From contig JAPLSN010000029.1 of assembly GCA_026398615.1 (NCBI GenBank), forward strand, positions 22,469 to 86,468: a stretch of 64,000 bases of DNA, given 5' to 3'. Numbering within the stretch: position 1 is the stretch's first letter; every line of letters begins with the position of its first letter. This DNA comes from Spirochaetota bacterium. Its GTDB lineage: Bacteria > Spirochaetota > Spirochaetia > Treponematales > UBA12059. The translations under genes were made by a program, and so were the position numbers. This document shows, piece after piece, positions 27,365 through 37,125 of this stretch. The notes under the pieces were generated by a model. It was not told where the DNA came from. It was given only the letters and a program-made list of their open reading frames with translations, and searched no databases.

Positions 27365-29437
27365 ATGAACAATGATATCTGGTTGGTCGCCGGGATCGGC
27401 GCAGGCGTCGTTTCGATCGCCGCGTCGCTCCTGTACTACGCCTGGGTGGCCGGGCAGGACCCGGGCGGCGAGAAGGCGGCCAGGATCGCGCTCTGGATCA
27501 GGGAAGGAGCCTCAACCTACCTGAAGCTCCTCTATACGACCCTCCTCGTGGTCGCGGTCATCCTCGGCCTCGTCATCGCCGTCGTGTTCTCGGGCGACAG
27601 CACCCGGCCGCTTCACGGGATCTTCACGGCACTCGCTTTCGGTTTCGGCTCGTTCTGCTCTGCGCTGGCGGGCTGGCTCGGCATGTCCATCGCGGTGCGG
27701 GCGAACGTGCGCACGGCGACGGCCTGTTCCCGGTCGATCGGGGCGGGTTTCACCGTCGCCTTCAAGGCAGGCGCGGTGATGGGGCTTGCGATGGTGGGCG
27801 TCGCGGTCCTCGGCATGAGCCTCATATACCTGCTCTGGCATGACGTGGAGATCATCCTCGGGTTCAGCTTCGGCGCTTCGTCCCTCGCGCTGCTCGCGAA
27901 GGCCGGCGGCGGCATCTTCACGAAAACCGCCGACATCGCGGCCGACCTCGTCGGCAAGGTCGAGATCGGCATCCCGGAGGACGATCCGCGCAATCCCGCC
28001 GTCATCGCGGACAACGTCGGCGACAACGTCGGCGACGTCGCCGGCATGGGCGCGGACATCTTCGATTCCTACGTCGCGGCGACGGTCGCGGCGATGCTCC
28101 TCGGCGCATCCTTCGCGGCGACGGGCGGGGCTCAGTACGTGGTGCTCCCCCTCATCCTCTGCATCCTCGGCATCGCGAGCTCCATCATCGGGCTGCAGTT
28201 CGTGAAGGTCGGCCCGGACGGGAAACCGGGACGCGCGCTCAACTTCGGCACCGTATTCTCGTGCTTCGTCTTCGCGATCCTGGCGACCGCCTTCTTCGGC
28301 GGCGTAAATTGGGCGGCCGGAACGACGGTGTTCAACTGGGGCGCATTGATCGCCACGGTCGCGGGACTCGGGATCGGTGTCCTCATGGGTTTCACCACCG
28401 ATTACTTCACGAACGACGAACACAACCCCGTGCGCGAAGTCGCACGGGTATCAGGCTCCGGCACGGGACTCACCATCATCACCGGCTTCAGCTACGGCCT
28501 CGTCTCGATCGCTCCGGCCGTGGTCGGCATCGTGGCGGCGACGCTCGTTTCCTACTTCACCGCGCAGGCCTTCGGGCTTCCCGGGATTTACGGCGTCGGC
28601 ATCGCCGCGGTGGGCATGCTCTCGCTTACCGGGATCGTCGTCTCGAACGACGCGTACGGTCCCATCGTCGACAACGCCAAGGGCATCGCCGAAATGTCCG
28701 GCATGGATCACGAGGTGGTCGACCGGGCGGATGTGCTCGACTCGGCGGGCAACACGGCCAAGGCCATCACCAAGGGATTCTCGATCAGCGCCGCCGCGCT
28801 GACCGTCCTGGCCATGTTCGCCGCGTACACCGAGGTCATCGCGAAGTACTCCGGCGGAAAGGGGCTCCTCCTCGACCTCCAGGATCCCCTCGTGCTGTCG
28901 GGGATACTGCTCGGCTGCATCGTGCCGCCCCTCTTCTCGGCCCTGCTCATGCTGGCGGTCACGAAGAACGCGTTCGCGATGATCGCCGAGATCAGGCGCC
29001 AGTTCGCGGCCGACCCCGGCATCCTCGCCGGGACATCCACGCCCGATTACAAGACCTGCGTCGCCATAGCGTCCTCGGGCGCACTGCTGGCACTCGCGTT
29101 CCCGGCTGCGCTCGCGGTGCTGCTGCCCCTGGCCGTCGGCTTCATCCTCGGGCCGGGCGGGCTCGGCGGCTTCCTCGGCGGATCCATTTTCACCGGCGTC
29201 GTCTTCGCCCTTCTCATGTCCAACGCCGGAGGGCTCTGGGACAACGCCAAGAAATACATCGAGAGCGGCAATTGCGGCGGCCCGGGGTCCGAAGCCCACA
29301 AGGCCGCGGTCGTCGGCGACACCGTCGGGGACCCGTTCAAGGACACGGCCGGCCCCTCGCTCAACACCCTCATCACGGTGATGAGCCTCGTGGCCAGCCT
29401 TTTCGCCCCCATCATCGCCCGCTTCCATATCTTCTGA
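27365..29437 (+). CDS. hppA: Membrane-bound proton/sodium-translocating pyrophosphatase
   Basis: 690 aa, ~16 TM; conserved PPase motifs GGIFTKTADIAADLVGKVE, DNVGDNVGDVAGMGADIFDSY, GDTVGDPFKDTAGPSLN. Confidence 0.9.
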   Translation: MNNDIWLVAGIGAGVVSIAASLLYYAWVAGQDPGGEKAARIALWIREGASTYLKLLYTTLLVVAVILGLVIAVVFSGDSTRPLHGIFTALAFGFGSFCSALAGWLGMSIAVRANVRTATACSRSIGAGFTVAFKAGAVMGLAMVGVAVLGMSLIYLLWHDVEIILGFSFGASSLALLAKAGGGIFTKTADIAADLVGKVEIGIPEDDPRNPAVIADNVGDNVGDVAGMGADIFDSYVAATVAAMLLGASFAATGGAQYVVLPLILCILGIASSIIGLQFVKVGPDGKPGRALNFGTVFSCFVFAILATAFFGGVNWAAGTTVFNWGALIATVAGLGIGVLMGFTTDYFTNDEHNPVREVARVSGSGTGLTIITGFSYGLVSIAPAVVGIVAATLVSYFTAQAFGLPGIYGVGIAAVGMLSLTGIVVSNDAYGPIVDNAKGIAEMSGMDHEVVDRADVLDSAGNTAKAITKGFSISAAALTVLAMFAAYTEVIAKYSGGKGLLLDLQDPLVLSGILLGCIVPPLFSALLMLAVTKNAFAMIAEIRRQFAADPGILAGTSTPDYKTCVAIASSGALLALAFPAALAVLLPLAVGFILGPGGLGGFLGGSIFTGVVFALLMSNAGGLWDNAKKYIESGNCGGPGSEAHKAAVVGDTVGDPFKDTAGPSLNTLITVMSLVASLFAPIIARFHIF

Positions 29438-29570
29438 AAAAGGCCGATCCCCGAGGGCGGACGGTTTCCGCAGGCGGGGATCGATGACGGCGAACGACGG
29501 CCGGCTCCTGCATGGCGCGAACAAGGCCCCGAAGCCTCGTTCGCACCCCGCAGGGGTCGGCCTTTCCCTA

Positions 29571-29765
29571 TTACTCGATGATGTAACCTATCGCCGCGAA
29601 GGGGTACCAGGTGGGCTTCGCCCCCTCCTGTTCCTTGTTCTGGAGCTTGATGAAGCCGTTCCCCGGATCGAGCGCCAGGATCTTGCACTCGTAGTAGCTG
29701 TCGCCGTTGATCATGACGACGGCGTCCTTCCCGACCAGCTCCGCCACCAGCTTCGATGCTGCCAT
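29571..29765 (-). CDS. Hypothetical small protein (64 aa)
   Basis: Perfect SD AGGAGG 5 nt before ATG (MAASKLVAELVGKDAVVMINGDSYYECKILALDPGNGFIKLQ...); beta-rich; convergent with hppA. Confidence 0.5.
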   Translation of the reverse strand: MAASKLVAELVGKDAVVMINGDSYYECKILALDPGNGFIKLQNKEQEGAKPTWYPFAAIGYIIE

Positions 29766-29831
29766 GTCGACCTCCTGAATGGATTTGGTAAGAGCGATAT
29801 TTACGTTAGTCCATGTTCGGGCCATAGTCAA

Positions 29832-30959
29832 ATGCCGAAGACGATCGATGTCGAAAACCATGCCATAGGCGTATACTTTCAGGGCAGCGGGCAGGAAGAC
29901 GATGACCTTCCCGTCTGCCGCGACGAACCGGCAAGCCAGCATCCCGGCGAAAAGGAGCACGCCATCGAGTACCGCAGCCTCGGCAGGACCGGCGCCAGCA
30001 TCTCTCCCCTCGGCCTCGGAACCTGGAATTTCGGCGACTCGACGCCGGAAGCCGAATCCATCGCGATGATCCACCGCGCGGTGGAAGCGGGCATCAATCT
30101 CATCGACACCGCCGACGCGTACGGCCTGGGCGAGAGCGAGCGCATCGTGGGAAAGGCGCTCTCCGGCTCCCTGCGCGACTCGGTGGTCCTGGCGACGAAG
30201 TTCCACTTCCCCATGGGCGACGGCCCCGACGATTCGGGTAATTCCCGACGCCACGTCATGAAAGCGGCGGAAGCTTCGCTTGTGCGCCTCGGCACGGACA
30301 GGATCGATCTCTACCAGGCCCACAGGCCGGACTTCGCCGTGCCGCAGGAAGAAACCTTGCGCGCCCTGGACGACCTGGTCCGCCAGGGAAAGATACTCCA
30401 CGTCGGCAGCTCCACCTTCCCCGCCTGGTTCCTCATGGAAGCCTTGGCAACAAGCGAACGCCTGGGCTTGTGCCGCTTCGAGAGCGAACAGTCCCCGTAC
30501 AACCTCCTGGACCGGCGCATCGAAAACGAGCTCGTGCCGCTCGCGCTCCGCCACGGCGTGAGCATCTTCGCCTGGTCACCCCTGGCCGCCGGCCAGCTCG
30601 CGGGACGTTACGCCGACGCGGCGAAACCGCCCGCCGACTCCAAGGCCGCCCGCGTGGGCTACGTTGCCGCCCGGCTCACGGAGCGCGGCATCGCCGTTTC
30701 GCGCTCCCTGGCCGTGATCGCGAAGGATCGGGGCCTGACGCCGTCCCAGCTGGCCCTGCTCTGGGTGAAGGACCAGCCGGGCGTCGCCGCGCCCATCCTC
30801 GGCAGCCGCACCATGGCCCAGCTGGAGGACGCGCTCCCGGTGCTCGGCATGAGCCTGGACGCCGGGACGGCCGCGGCGCTGGACGAACTCGTGCCGCCCG
30901 GGAGCGCCGTGGCGGATTTCCATAACACCGCCGGCTGGATGAAGATGAAATTGATCTGA
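29832..30959 (+). CDS. Aldo/keto reductase family oxidoreductase
   Basis: AKR fold motifs EYRSLGRTGASISPLGLGTWNFG, DTADAYG, GKILHVGSS, IFAWSPLA. The start is ambiguous: the conserved N-terminus (I)EYRSLG has no in-frame ATG/GTG/TTG, and AAGGAG lies 6 nt before an in-frame ATC (29964). The upstream in-frame ATG at 29832 is used here. Confidence 0.75.
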   Translation: MPKTIDVENHAIGVYFQGSGQEDDDLPVCRDEPASQHPGEKEHAIEYRSLGRTGASISPLGLGTWNFGDSTPEAESIAMIHRAVEAGINLIDTADAYGLGESERIVGKALSGSLRDSVVLATKFHFPMGDGPDDSGNSRRHVMKAAEASLVRLGTDRIDLYQAHRPDFAVPQEETLRALDDLVRQGKILHVGSSTFPAWFLMEALATSERLGLCRFESEQSPYNLLDRRIENELVPLALRHGVSIFAWSPLAAGQLAGRYADAAKPPADSKAARVGYVAARLTERGIAVSRSLAVIAKDRGLTPSQLALLWVKDQPGVAAPILGSRTMAQLEDALPVLGMSLDAGTAAALDELVPPGSAVADFHNTAGWMKMKLI

Positions 30960-31013
30960 GGCGCCAGCTTCTGCATTTCCTGCTTCCAAACATCCGAGAA
31001 ACCGGGTTTCTTC

Positions 31014-31063
31014 TTGACACATTGTACTAATACATATCATATTGTACTATATGAATAGTACAA
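31014..31063 (+). promoter_or_regulatory. Promoter (-35 TTGACA) overlapping a GntR/YtrA-type operator: three TTGTACTA motifs, two of them forming the inverted repeat TTGTACTA-N6-TAGTACAA
   Basis: ttgacacATTGTACTAatacatatcatATTGTACTATatgaaTAGTACAAat; a GT-N-AC core typical of GntR-family operators, immediately upstream of the regulator gene. Confidence 0.55.
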
Positions 31064-31089
31064 ATCGCGGAGCTGGAATTCGCATCAGG

Positions 31090-31449
31090 ATGGACAGCTC
31101 GAGCGGGGTGCCTTTTTACCGCCAGGTCATCCAGCAGATCGAGCAGGCCATCCTCACGGGAATGCTCGAGCCCGGCGACCGGCTCCCGACCATACGGTCG
31201 TTGGCCATCGATCTCAAGATCAACCCGAACACGATCGCGAAAGCATACAACGAGCTGGAAATCCGGGGCATCGTGACGACGCAGGTCGGGAGCGGCACGT
31301 TCGTGTCGGACCGACGCCCGGACAGCGCGGAAAGCGAACGGAAAAAGCGGCTCGAAGAACTCGTCGGCCGCTTCGTCGCGGAGATGGCGGCGATGGGCAT
31401 GGACCGGAAGGCGACCCTGGAGCTCGTCCGGGAATTCAAGGAGGATTGA
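31090..31449 (+). CDS. GntR-family transcriptional regulator, short YtrA-like subfamily
   Basis: Winged-HTH PFYRQVIQQIEQAILTGMLEPGDRLPTIRSLAIDLKINPNTIAKAYNELE plus a short C-terminal helical domain. Start set at MDSSSG (31090), downstream of the operator. Confidence 0.85.
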   Translation: MDSSSGVPFYRQVIQQIEQAILTGMLEPGDRLPTIRSLAIDLKINPNTIAKAYNELEIRGIVTTQVGSGTFVSDRRPDSAESERKKRLEELVGRFVAEMAAMGMDRKATLELVREFKED

Positions 31450-32549
31450 CCATGAACTTCTGGAAGAAAAGCGGGCAGGACCCGCTCATCAAGAATCCCC
31501 GGAAACCCGTTCCAGGGCGGGACTTCGCCCTCAACCCGATCGGCCTCGTGCTCCTGGTCCTGGCGCTGGGCGCCTCACTGGTTTTGCGCTCGCTCGCGGG
31601 CGGCCCGCCCGGGTTCCTGGACCTGGCCGTGATTGCCGGCCTGCCCGCCGCGACGATCTTGGTCATGTCCGTCTTCCCCCGCTGGAGCGTCGTGCTCAAG
31701 CTTCTCGTCCTGGCCGGCGTGACGGCCGCGGCGCTCCGGGTGGAGCCGTCCCTGCCCTACCTCGGAATCGCGGCGCTCGGCGTCCTCCTGGCGCCGGCCG
31801 TCCAGCGCCTTCCCGAATGGGAGCGCGCCATCATCCTGCGCTTCGGCGCCTTCGCGGGCATCCGCGGCCCGGGCCTCTTCTTCCTCTTCCCCTTCGCGGA
31901 GCAGGCAGCCCGAGTCGTCGACTTGCGGATCCGCGTCACGGACTTCGCCGCGGAGACGACGCTCACGCGCGACTCGGTGACCGTCACCGTGGACGCCCTC
32001 TGCTTCTGGATCGTCTGGGATCCGGAGAAAGCGGTCTGCGAAGTCCAGGACTACGAGGAAGCCGTGGTACTCTCGTCCAAGACCGCCCTGAGGAACGCGG
32101 TCAGCAAGAACGACCTCTCCACCTTCCTCGAAAGCGGAGACAGGATCGAGGAGCAGATCCGCGACGAGGTGGACGAAAAGACGACCGACTGGGGCATCAC
32201 GATCCAGCACATCGAGATCACCGACATCCAGATACCGGAGAGCCTGCAGGATTCCATGAGCCGGCTCGCGCAGGCGGAACGCGAAAAGAAGGGGCGCGAG
32301 CTCCTCGCGGAGGCGGAAATCGCCATCGCGGGCAAACTTTCGGAAGCGGCCGCGATCTACCGCTCCGACGCCATCGCCCTGAAGCTCCGGAGCCTCTCAA
32401 TATTGAACGAAGGGCTCAAAGCCGGCAATTCCATGATGCTGGTCCCCAATTCCATCACCGAGGAACTCAGGACGGACGACCTGTTCGGCCTGCAGGCGCT
32501 CGGCGAGGCCCGCCGTGGCAAGGCTCGCCGCAAGCAGCGGGAGGAATGA
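31446..32549 (+). CDS. SPFH/band-7 (stomatin/prohibitin-like) domain protein with an N-terminal multi-TM extension
   Basis: Band-7 core ...ERAIILRFGAFAGIRGPGLFFLFPFAEQAARVVDLRIRV..., then a coiled-coil tail (AQAEREKKGRELLAEAEIAIAG). Confidence 0.8.
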   Translation: MTMNFWKKSGQDPLIKNPRKPVPGRDFALNPIGLVLLVLALGASLVLRSLAGGPPGFLDLAVIAGLPAATILVMSVFPRWSVVLKLLVLAGVTAAALRVEPSLPYLGIAALGVLLAPAVQRLPEWERAIILRFGAFAGIRGPGLFFLFPFAEQAARVVDLRIRVTDFAAETTLTRDSVTVTVDALCFWIVWDPEKAVCEVQDYEEAVVLSSKTALRNAVSKNDLSTFLESGDRIEEQIRDEVDEKTTDWGITIQHIEITDIQIPESLQDSMSRLAQAEREKKGRELLAEAEIAIAGKLSEAAAIYRSDAIALKLRSLSILNEGLKAGNSMMLVPNSITEELRTDDLFGLQALGEARRGKARRKQREE

Positions 32550-32550
32550 C

Positions 32551-33234
32551 ATGACCGTGGTCGAGACGACGGGACTCTCCAAGGACTACCTGACGAACGG
32601 CCTGACCGTGCACGCGTTGCGCGGCGTCAGCCTCTCGTTCGCGCGCGGCGACTTCGCGGCCGTCGCGGGGCCGTCCGGCTCGGGCAAGTCCACCTTCCTG
32701 CACCTTGTCGGCTGCCTCGACGAGCCGAGCGCCGGGACGATCGCCATCGAGGGCGAGGACGTCGCGAGCCTCGGCCGGCGGGACCAGGCGCTGCTCAGGC
32801 GGAGCCGCATCGGCTTCATCTTCCAGGCCTACAACCTCATCCCGGTGCTCAGCGCGCTCGAGAACGTGACCCTGCCCCTGGTGCTGCTCGGCGAGAGCCG
32901 GACCGCGGCCCGGAGTGACGCCGAGCGCGCGCTCGCCGAGGTCGGGCTGGAGGGCATGGGCAACCGCCGGCCCAAGGAGATGTCCGGCGGCCAGCAGCAG
33001 CGGGTGGCCATCGCGCGGGCGCTCGTGAAGAAGCCGTCGCTCATCCTCGCGGACGAGCCGACGGCCAACCTGGACTCGGCCACGGGCCGGGACATCCTGG
33101 AGCTCATGCTCGCGCTCAACCGGGACGAGGGCACGACCTTCATCTTCTCCACCCACGACCGCATGGTGATGGACTACGCCCGCCGGCTCATCGTCCTCAA
33201 GGACGGGCTCGTCGACTCGGAGACGGGATCATGA
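32551..33234 (+). CDS. ABC transporter ATP-binding protein, MacB/LolD-type
   Basis: Walker [11 protein letters not shown]-loop, signature [15 protein letters not shown], Walker B ILADEPT. Confidence 0.85.
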   Translation: MTVVETTGLSKDYLTNGLTVHALRGVSLSFARGDFAAVAGPSGSGKSTFLHLVGCLDEPSAGTIAIEGEDVASLGRRDQALLRRSRIGFIFQAYNLIPVLSALENVTLPLVLLGESRTAARSDAERALAEVGLEGMGNRRPKEMSGGQQQRVAIARALVKKPSLILADEPTANLDSATGRDILELMLALNRDEGTTFIFSTHDRMVMDYARRLIVLKDGLVDSETGS

Positions 33235-35081
33235 AGACCGCGGCCTTCCCCGAGCTCGCCTCCATGGCGTTCCGCAACCTGGGCCGCCACCGCGTCAAGA
33301 CGGCCGTCACGGTCACCGCCGTGGCGATCTCGGTCGCGCTCTACATCTTCATCGACGGCTGGCTCCTGGGCATGAACCTGGACTCGAAGCGCAACATCGT
33401 GGCGTTCGAGGCGGGCGCCGCGAGGATCCAGTCGAAGGCCTGGTTCGCGAAGAAGGACGAGCTGCCGATGTACGAGTCCTTCGGCGGGCACGAAGCGCTG
33501 TCCGCGAGGCTCGACGAGGCCGGCTTCGACACGGCGCCCCGCTTCCTCTTCGAGGGGACGCTCCTGTCGCGCGAGCGGTCAGCGCCGATCGCCTTCATCG
33601 CGATGGATCCCGGGCGCGAGGCGAAGCTCCTGCGCTGGCAGGACTACGTCGCGTCCGGCCGCGCGCCGGTCCCGGGCCGCTTCGAGATCGCGCTCGGGTC
33701 GATGGCCGCGGGGAAGCTTCGCGTCGACCTGCCTGCCCGGCCCGACGCGGCGGAATTCGAGGCTATGCTCGCCGCGGCCGCCGACGCGGACGAGGCTGTC
33801 TTCGTCCGCGGGCTCTACCTCGACGCGCCGCCGGACCGCGTCGCGCCGGCGGAGTTCCGCCGGCTGAAGCCGGTCCTGGCGGCCATGCCCGGCGGCAAGG
33901 ACGTCCTGCGCGCCTACGAGCTGCCCTGGGACGGCGACGCCTGGCGGCTGCGGAAGGACGCGCGGCCCGCCGCCTTCGGCGAACTCGCCGCCGCGCTGCG
34001 GGCCGCGGGCTTCGACTTCCAGCCGCGCCATACGCTCCGCCCCGATGCCTCCCGCACCGACCGGGATCGGCTCTGGGCTATCCTGGCGGCGTCGGGCCGG
34101 ATGGACGTGCGCATCTCCACCGTCATCGACATCAAGGAACTGCCCGCCCGCGTGGACGCCTCGAAGTTCGAGGCCGAGCTGCTGCCGGCGCTCAGGTCCG
34201 ACGACCGCGCGCTCGCATCGCGGGCCTACCCGGCCGACCCCGCTTCCGGCGACCGTGCGCTCGCCGAGGCCGACCCGGGCCGGCGCGATCGGCTCCTGCG
34301 CGCGATGCTCGACGCCGGGTTCGCCCCGGCGGTCCGGCACGTGAACCAGCTGATCGACGCGGTCGTCGTCGGGACCGTCGACTCGCCGAACCCGAAGACG
34401 AACGGCAACGTGGCCTACATGCCCTCGGACGCGCTGCAGGACGAGGCGGGCATGATGCTGGAGGGCAGGATCACCGAGCTCCTGGTCCGGGCCAAGGGAG
34501 CGGACGACACCGCGCTGCCCGATCCCGGCGAGTCGCCCCGGGCCGTGAAGGCGGCGCTGGGTGGCGCGCTGCCCGCGGGCCTCGAGGTGTATGGCTGGCT
34601 GGATGGCGTGGAGGACTACATCGCGGCGTCCCGCGGCGACGAGGTCTCGACGCGCGTGATGGTCGGGCTTCTCTTCGTGCTGTCGTTCATCGGCATCGCG
34701 AACACGATGCTCATGGCCATCCTCGAGCGCTCGAAGGAGACGGGCATGCTCCGCGCGCTCGGCATGACCGGGGGTCAGGTCCTGGCGGTCTACGTGATGG
34801 AGGCCGCGGCCATCGGGCTCCTCGGCTCCGCGATCGGGGTCGCGGCCGGGTGCCTGGTCAACGTGCCCATGGTCGCGTACGGGATCGACTACTCGGGCAT
34901 GCTCGAGAACATGGGCACCGACTACGGCTACCGGGTCGTCGCCTTTTTCAGGTCGGCGTGGAACCCGCCGGTCATCGCGGCGTCGGCCCTCGTGGCGACG
35001 CTCGTGTCGGGCCTCATGGCCATACCGCCGACGCTCCGGGCGCTGAAGGTGCCCGTGACCGAGAGCCTGCGGTTCGAGTGA
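33231..35081 (+). CDS. ABC transporter permease, FtsX/MacB-like, with a large periplasmic domain
   Basis: N-terminal TM, ~400-aa periplasmic insert, C-terminal FtsX-type 3-TM bundle (LMAILERSKETGMLRALGMTGGQVLAVYVMEA). Confidence 0.8.
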   Translation: MKTAAFPELASMAFRNLGRHRVKTAVTVTAVAISVALYIFIDGWLLGMNLDSKRNIVAFEAGAARIQSKAWFAKKDELPMYESFGGHEALSARLDEAGFDTAPRFLFEGTLLSRERSAPIAFIAMDPGREAKLLRWQDYVASGRAPVPGRFEIALGSMAAGKLRVDLPARPDAAEFEAMLAAAADADEAVFVRGLYLDAPPDRVAPAEFRRLKPVLAAMPGGKDVLRAYELPWDGDAWRLRKDARPAAFGELAAALRAAGFDFQPRHTLRPDASRTDRDRLWAILAASGRMDVRISTVIDIKELPARVDASKFEAELLPALRSDDRALASRAYPADPASGDRALAEADPGRRDRLLRAMLDAGFAPAVRHVNQLIDAVVVGTVDSPNPKTNGNVAYMPSDALQDEAGMMLEGRITELLVRAKGADDTALPDPGESPRAVKAALGGALPAGLEVYGWLDGVEDYIAASRGDEVSTRVMVGLLFVLSFIGIANTMLMAILERSKETGMLRALGMTGGQVLAVYVMEAAAIGLLGSAIGVAAGCLVNVPMVAYGIDYSGMLENMGTDYGYRVVAFFRSAWNPPVIAASALVATLVSGLMAIPPTLRALKVPVTESLRFE

Positions 35082-35096
35082 GGGGGAGGGAAAGCC

Positions 35097-36371
35097 ATGG
35101 ACCGTCCGACGATCCGCAGGGGAGGCTTCGGCGCCCTGCTCTCGATCGCGTACCGCAACATCTGGCGCAACGGGAGGCGCACCGGCTTCTGCGTGGCCGC
35201 CGTCGCCATCGCGGTGTTCTTCAACATCTTCATGCAAGCCTGGATCGAGGGCATGATCGGCGGCATCGAGGAGGTCGTGCGCACCTACGACATGGGCCAC
35301 GTCAACGCGGTGACGGAGGCGTTCGACGCCGAGCGCGAGTACCTGCCGGTGCAGTTCCCGCTGGCCGGCGGGCGGGACTGGGCCTCGCTCGCGGCCGAGG
35401 TCCGGGCGCTGCCGGGCGTGCGCGCCGCCCTGCCCCGCATCTCCGCGTGGGCCACGCTCTTCGACAGCTCCGTCAAGCACGCCATGCTCTGGGGCATCGA
35501 CCTCGAGGCCGAGCGGAAGGTGAACCTCTTCAACCTGACGAGGCGGGACGACGGCCTCGTCGAGGGGCGCTGGCCCCGCGCGGGGACCAACGAGTGCGCC
35601 ATCGGGACGGCGCTGTCCCTGAAGGGCGGCTACGCCGCCGGCGACAAGCTGCCGCTCAAGACGGTGTCCGCGCAGTTCTCCGACAAGTACTGGAACCCGA
35701 CGATCGTCGGCATCTTCGATTTCGACTACCGCCGCTTCGACGAGGGCGCCGTCATCGTGCCCTTCGACCGGCTCGGCCGGCTGCTGGCGCTGGACGGCGC
35801 GACGCAGTCCGTCGTCATGTACGCGGAGGATCCCGCCCGGGTGGACGGGATCAAGGAGGGGCTCTCAGGCCTGCTGGGCGCGGGCCACGTCGTCCGCGGC
35901 TGGCAGGAGAACTACTGGGTGTCCATGCTCAGGAAGAGCACCTTCCTCTACCTCGTCGTATTCGGGGTCTTCCAGGTCGTCGCGTCCTTCCTGATCATCA
36001 ACACGATCCTGATGGTGATCCACGAGCGCATCAAGGAGATCGGGATGATGGGCGCGCTCGGCATGACCCGGGCCGAGATCGTGCTGGTGTTCTTCCTGGA
36101 GGCCATTTCCCTGAGCGTCCTCGGCGCCGCGATCGGATGCGCCGTCGGCGCCGCCGCGACCTTCGTCGGGTCCCTGTTCCCTGTCGACCTGGAGCTCTTC
36201 TCCGGCGGCGGCATGAAGGACCTGCCGATGTCCGGGACCATCTTCGTCAAGTTCACGCCCGGCATCATCGCGGGGGGGTTCGCCTTCGGCGTCGCCGTGT
36301 CCGCGGCCTGCACGCTCGTGCCTTCGCTCAAGAGCGCGTTCATACGGCCGGTCGAGGCGCTCCGGCGCTGA
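35097..36371 (+). CDS. ABC transporter permease, FtsX/MacB-like (second permease of the system)
   Basis: Same architecture; FtsX core VIHERIKEIGMMGALGMTRAEIVLVFFLEA. Confidence 0.8.
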   Translation: MDRPTIRRGGFGALLSIAYRNIWRNGRRTGFCVAAVAIAVFFNIFMQAWIEGMIGGIEEVVRTYDMGHVNAVTEAFDAEREYLPVQFPLAGGRDWASLAAEVRALPGVRAALPRISAWATLFDSSVKHAMLWGIDLEAERKVNLFNLTRRDDGLVEGRWPRAGTNECAIGTALSLKGGYAAGDKLPLKTVSAQFSDKYWNPTIVGIFDFDYRRFDEGAVIVPFDRLGRLLALDGATQSVVMYAEDPARVDGIKEGLSGLLGAGHVVRGWQENYWVSMLRKSTFLYLVVFGVFQVVASFLIINTILMVIHERIKEIGMMGALGMTRAEIVLVFFLEAISLSVLGAAIGCAVGAAATFVGSLFPVDLELFSGGGMKDLPMSGTIFVKFTPGIIAGGFAFGVAVSAACTLVPSLKSAFIRPVEALRR

Positions 36372-36390
36372 CCGGGAAAAGGAGTCGACC

Positions 36391-37125
36391 ATGAAACGGA
36401 CCATCGCTGCCTGCGCCCTGGCGGCGCTGCTGGCCATCCCGGCCCTGGCGCAGGACGCCGCGGCCATCCTCGCGCACGTGGATTCCAACGAAGGCTACTC
36501 GAGCATCTCGTACAAGGGGACCATGACGATCGAGTACCGGGGCAAGCGTTTCGTGAAGACCTTCGAGTCCGTGGCGCGGGGCCGGAACGAGAGCTGGGTC
36601 GAGTTCACGAACCCCGAGGACCGGGGAACCAGGTACCTCAAGCGCGACGGCAGGCTCTACGTCTGGTCGCCCGACACCGAGGAGGTCATGCTGATCTCCG
36701 GCCACCTGCTCAAGGAATCGATGATGGGTTCCGACCTGAGCTACGAGGACACGATCGACAGCGAAACCCTTTCGGCCCGCTACGTCCCGGCGCTGAAGGG
36801 GACGGAGGACGTGGACGGGAGGAAGGCGTACGTGCTCGAGCTGATCGCCAGGAAGAAGACGGAAAGCTACCCGAAGCAGGTGCTCTGGGTGGACGCCGAA
36901 ACCCTGTCCGTACTCCGTTTCGAGCTTTACGCACTCTCCGGAGCCAGGCTCAAGGACTACCGGCTGGTCCGCTCCGAGCTCATCGGAGGCCGGTTCTTCC
37001 CGGTGGAATTCGAAATGCGCGACCTCCTGCGCAAGGGCAGCCGCACGGTGTTCGCGATGCGGGAGGTCCAGCTGGACGTCCCATTGCCCGATTCCGCCTT
37101 CTCCATGCGGAGGCTCGAGCAATGA
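36391..37125 (+). CDS. Outer-membrane lipoprotein-sorting / LolA-like periplasmic protein
   Basis: Signal peptide MKRTIAACALAALLAIPALAQ; size and composition resemble LolA-fold partners of MacB-type transporters. Confidence 0.6.
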   Translation: MKRTIAACALAALLAIPALAQDAAAILAHVDSNEGYSSISYKGTMTIEYRGKRFVKTFESVARGRNESWVEFTNPEDRGTRYLKRDGRLYVWSPDTEEVMLISGHLLKESMMGSDLSYEDTIDSETLSARYVPALKGTEDVDGRKAYVLELIARKKTESYPKQVLWVDAETLSVLRFELYALSGARLKDYRLVRSELIGGRFFPVEFEMRDLLRKGSRTVFAMREVQLDVPLPDSAFSMRRLEQ

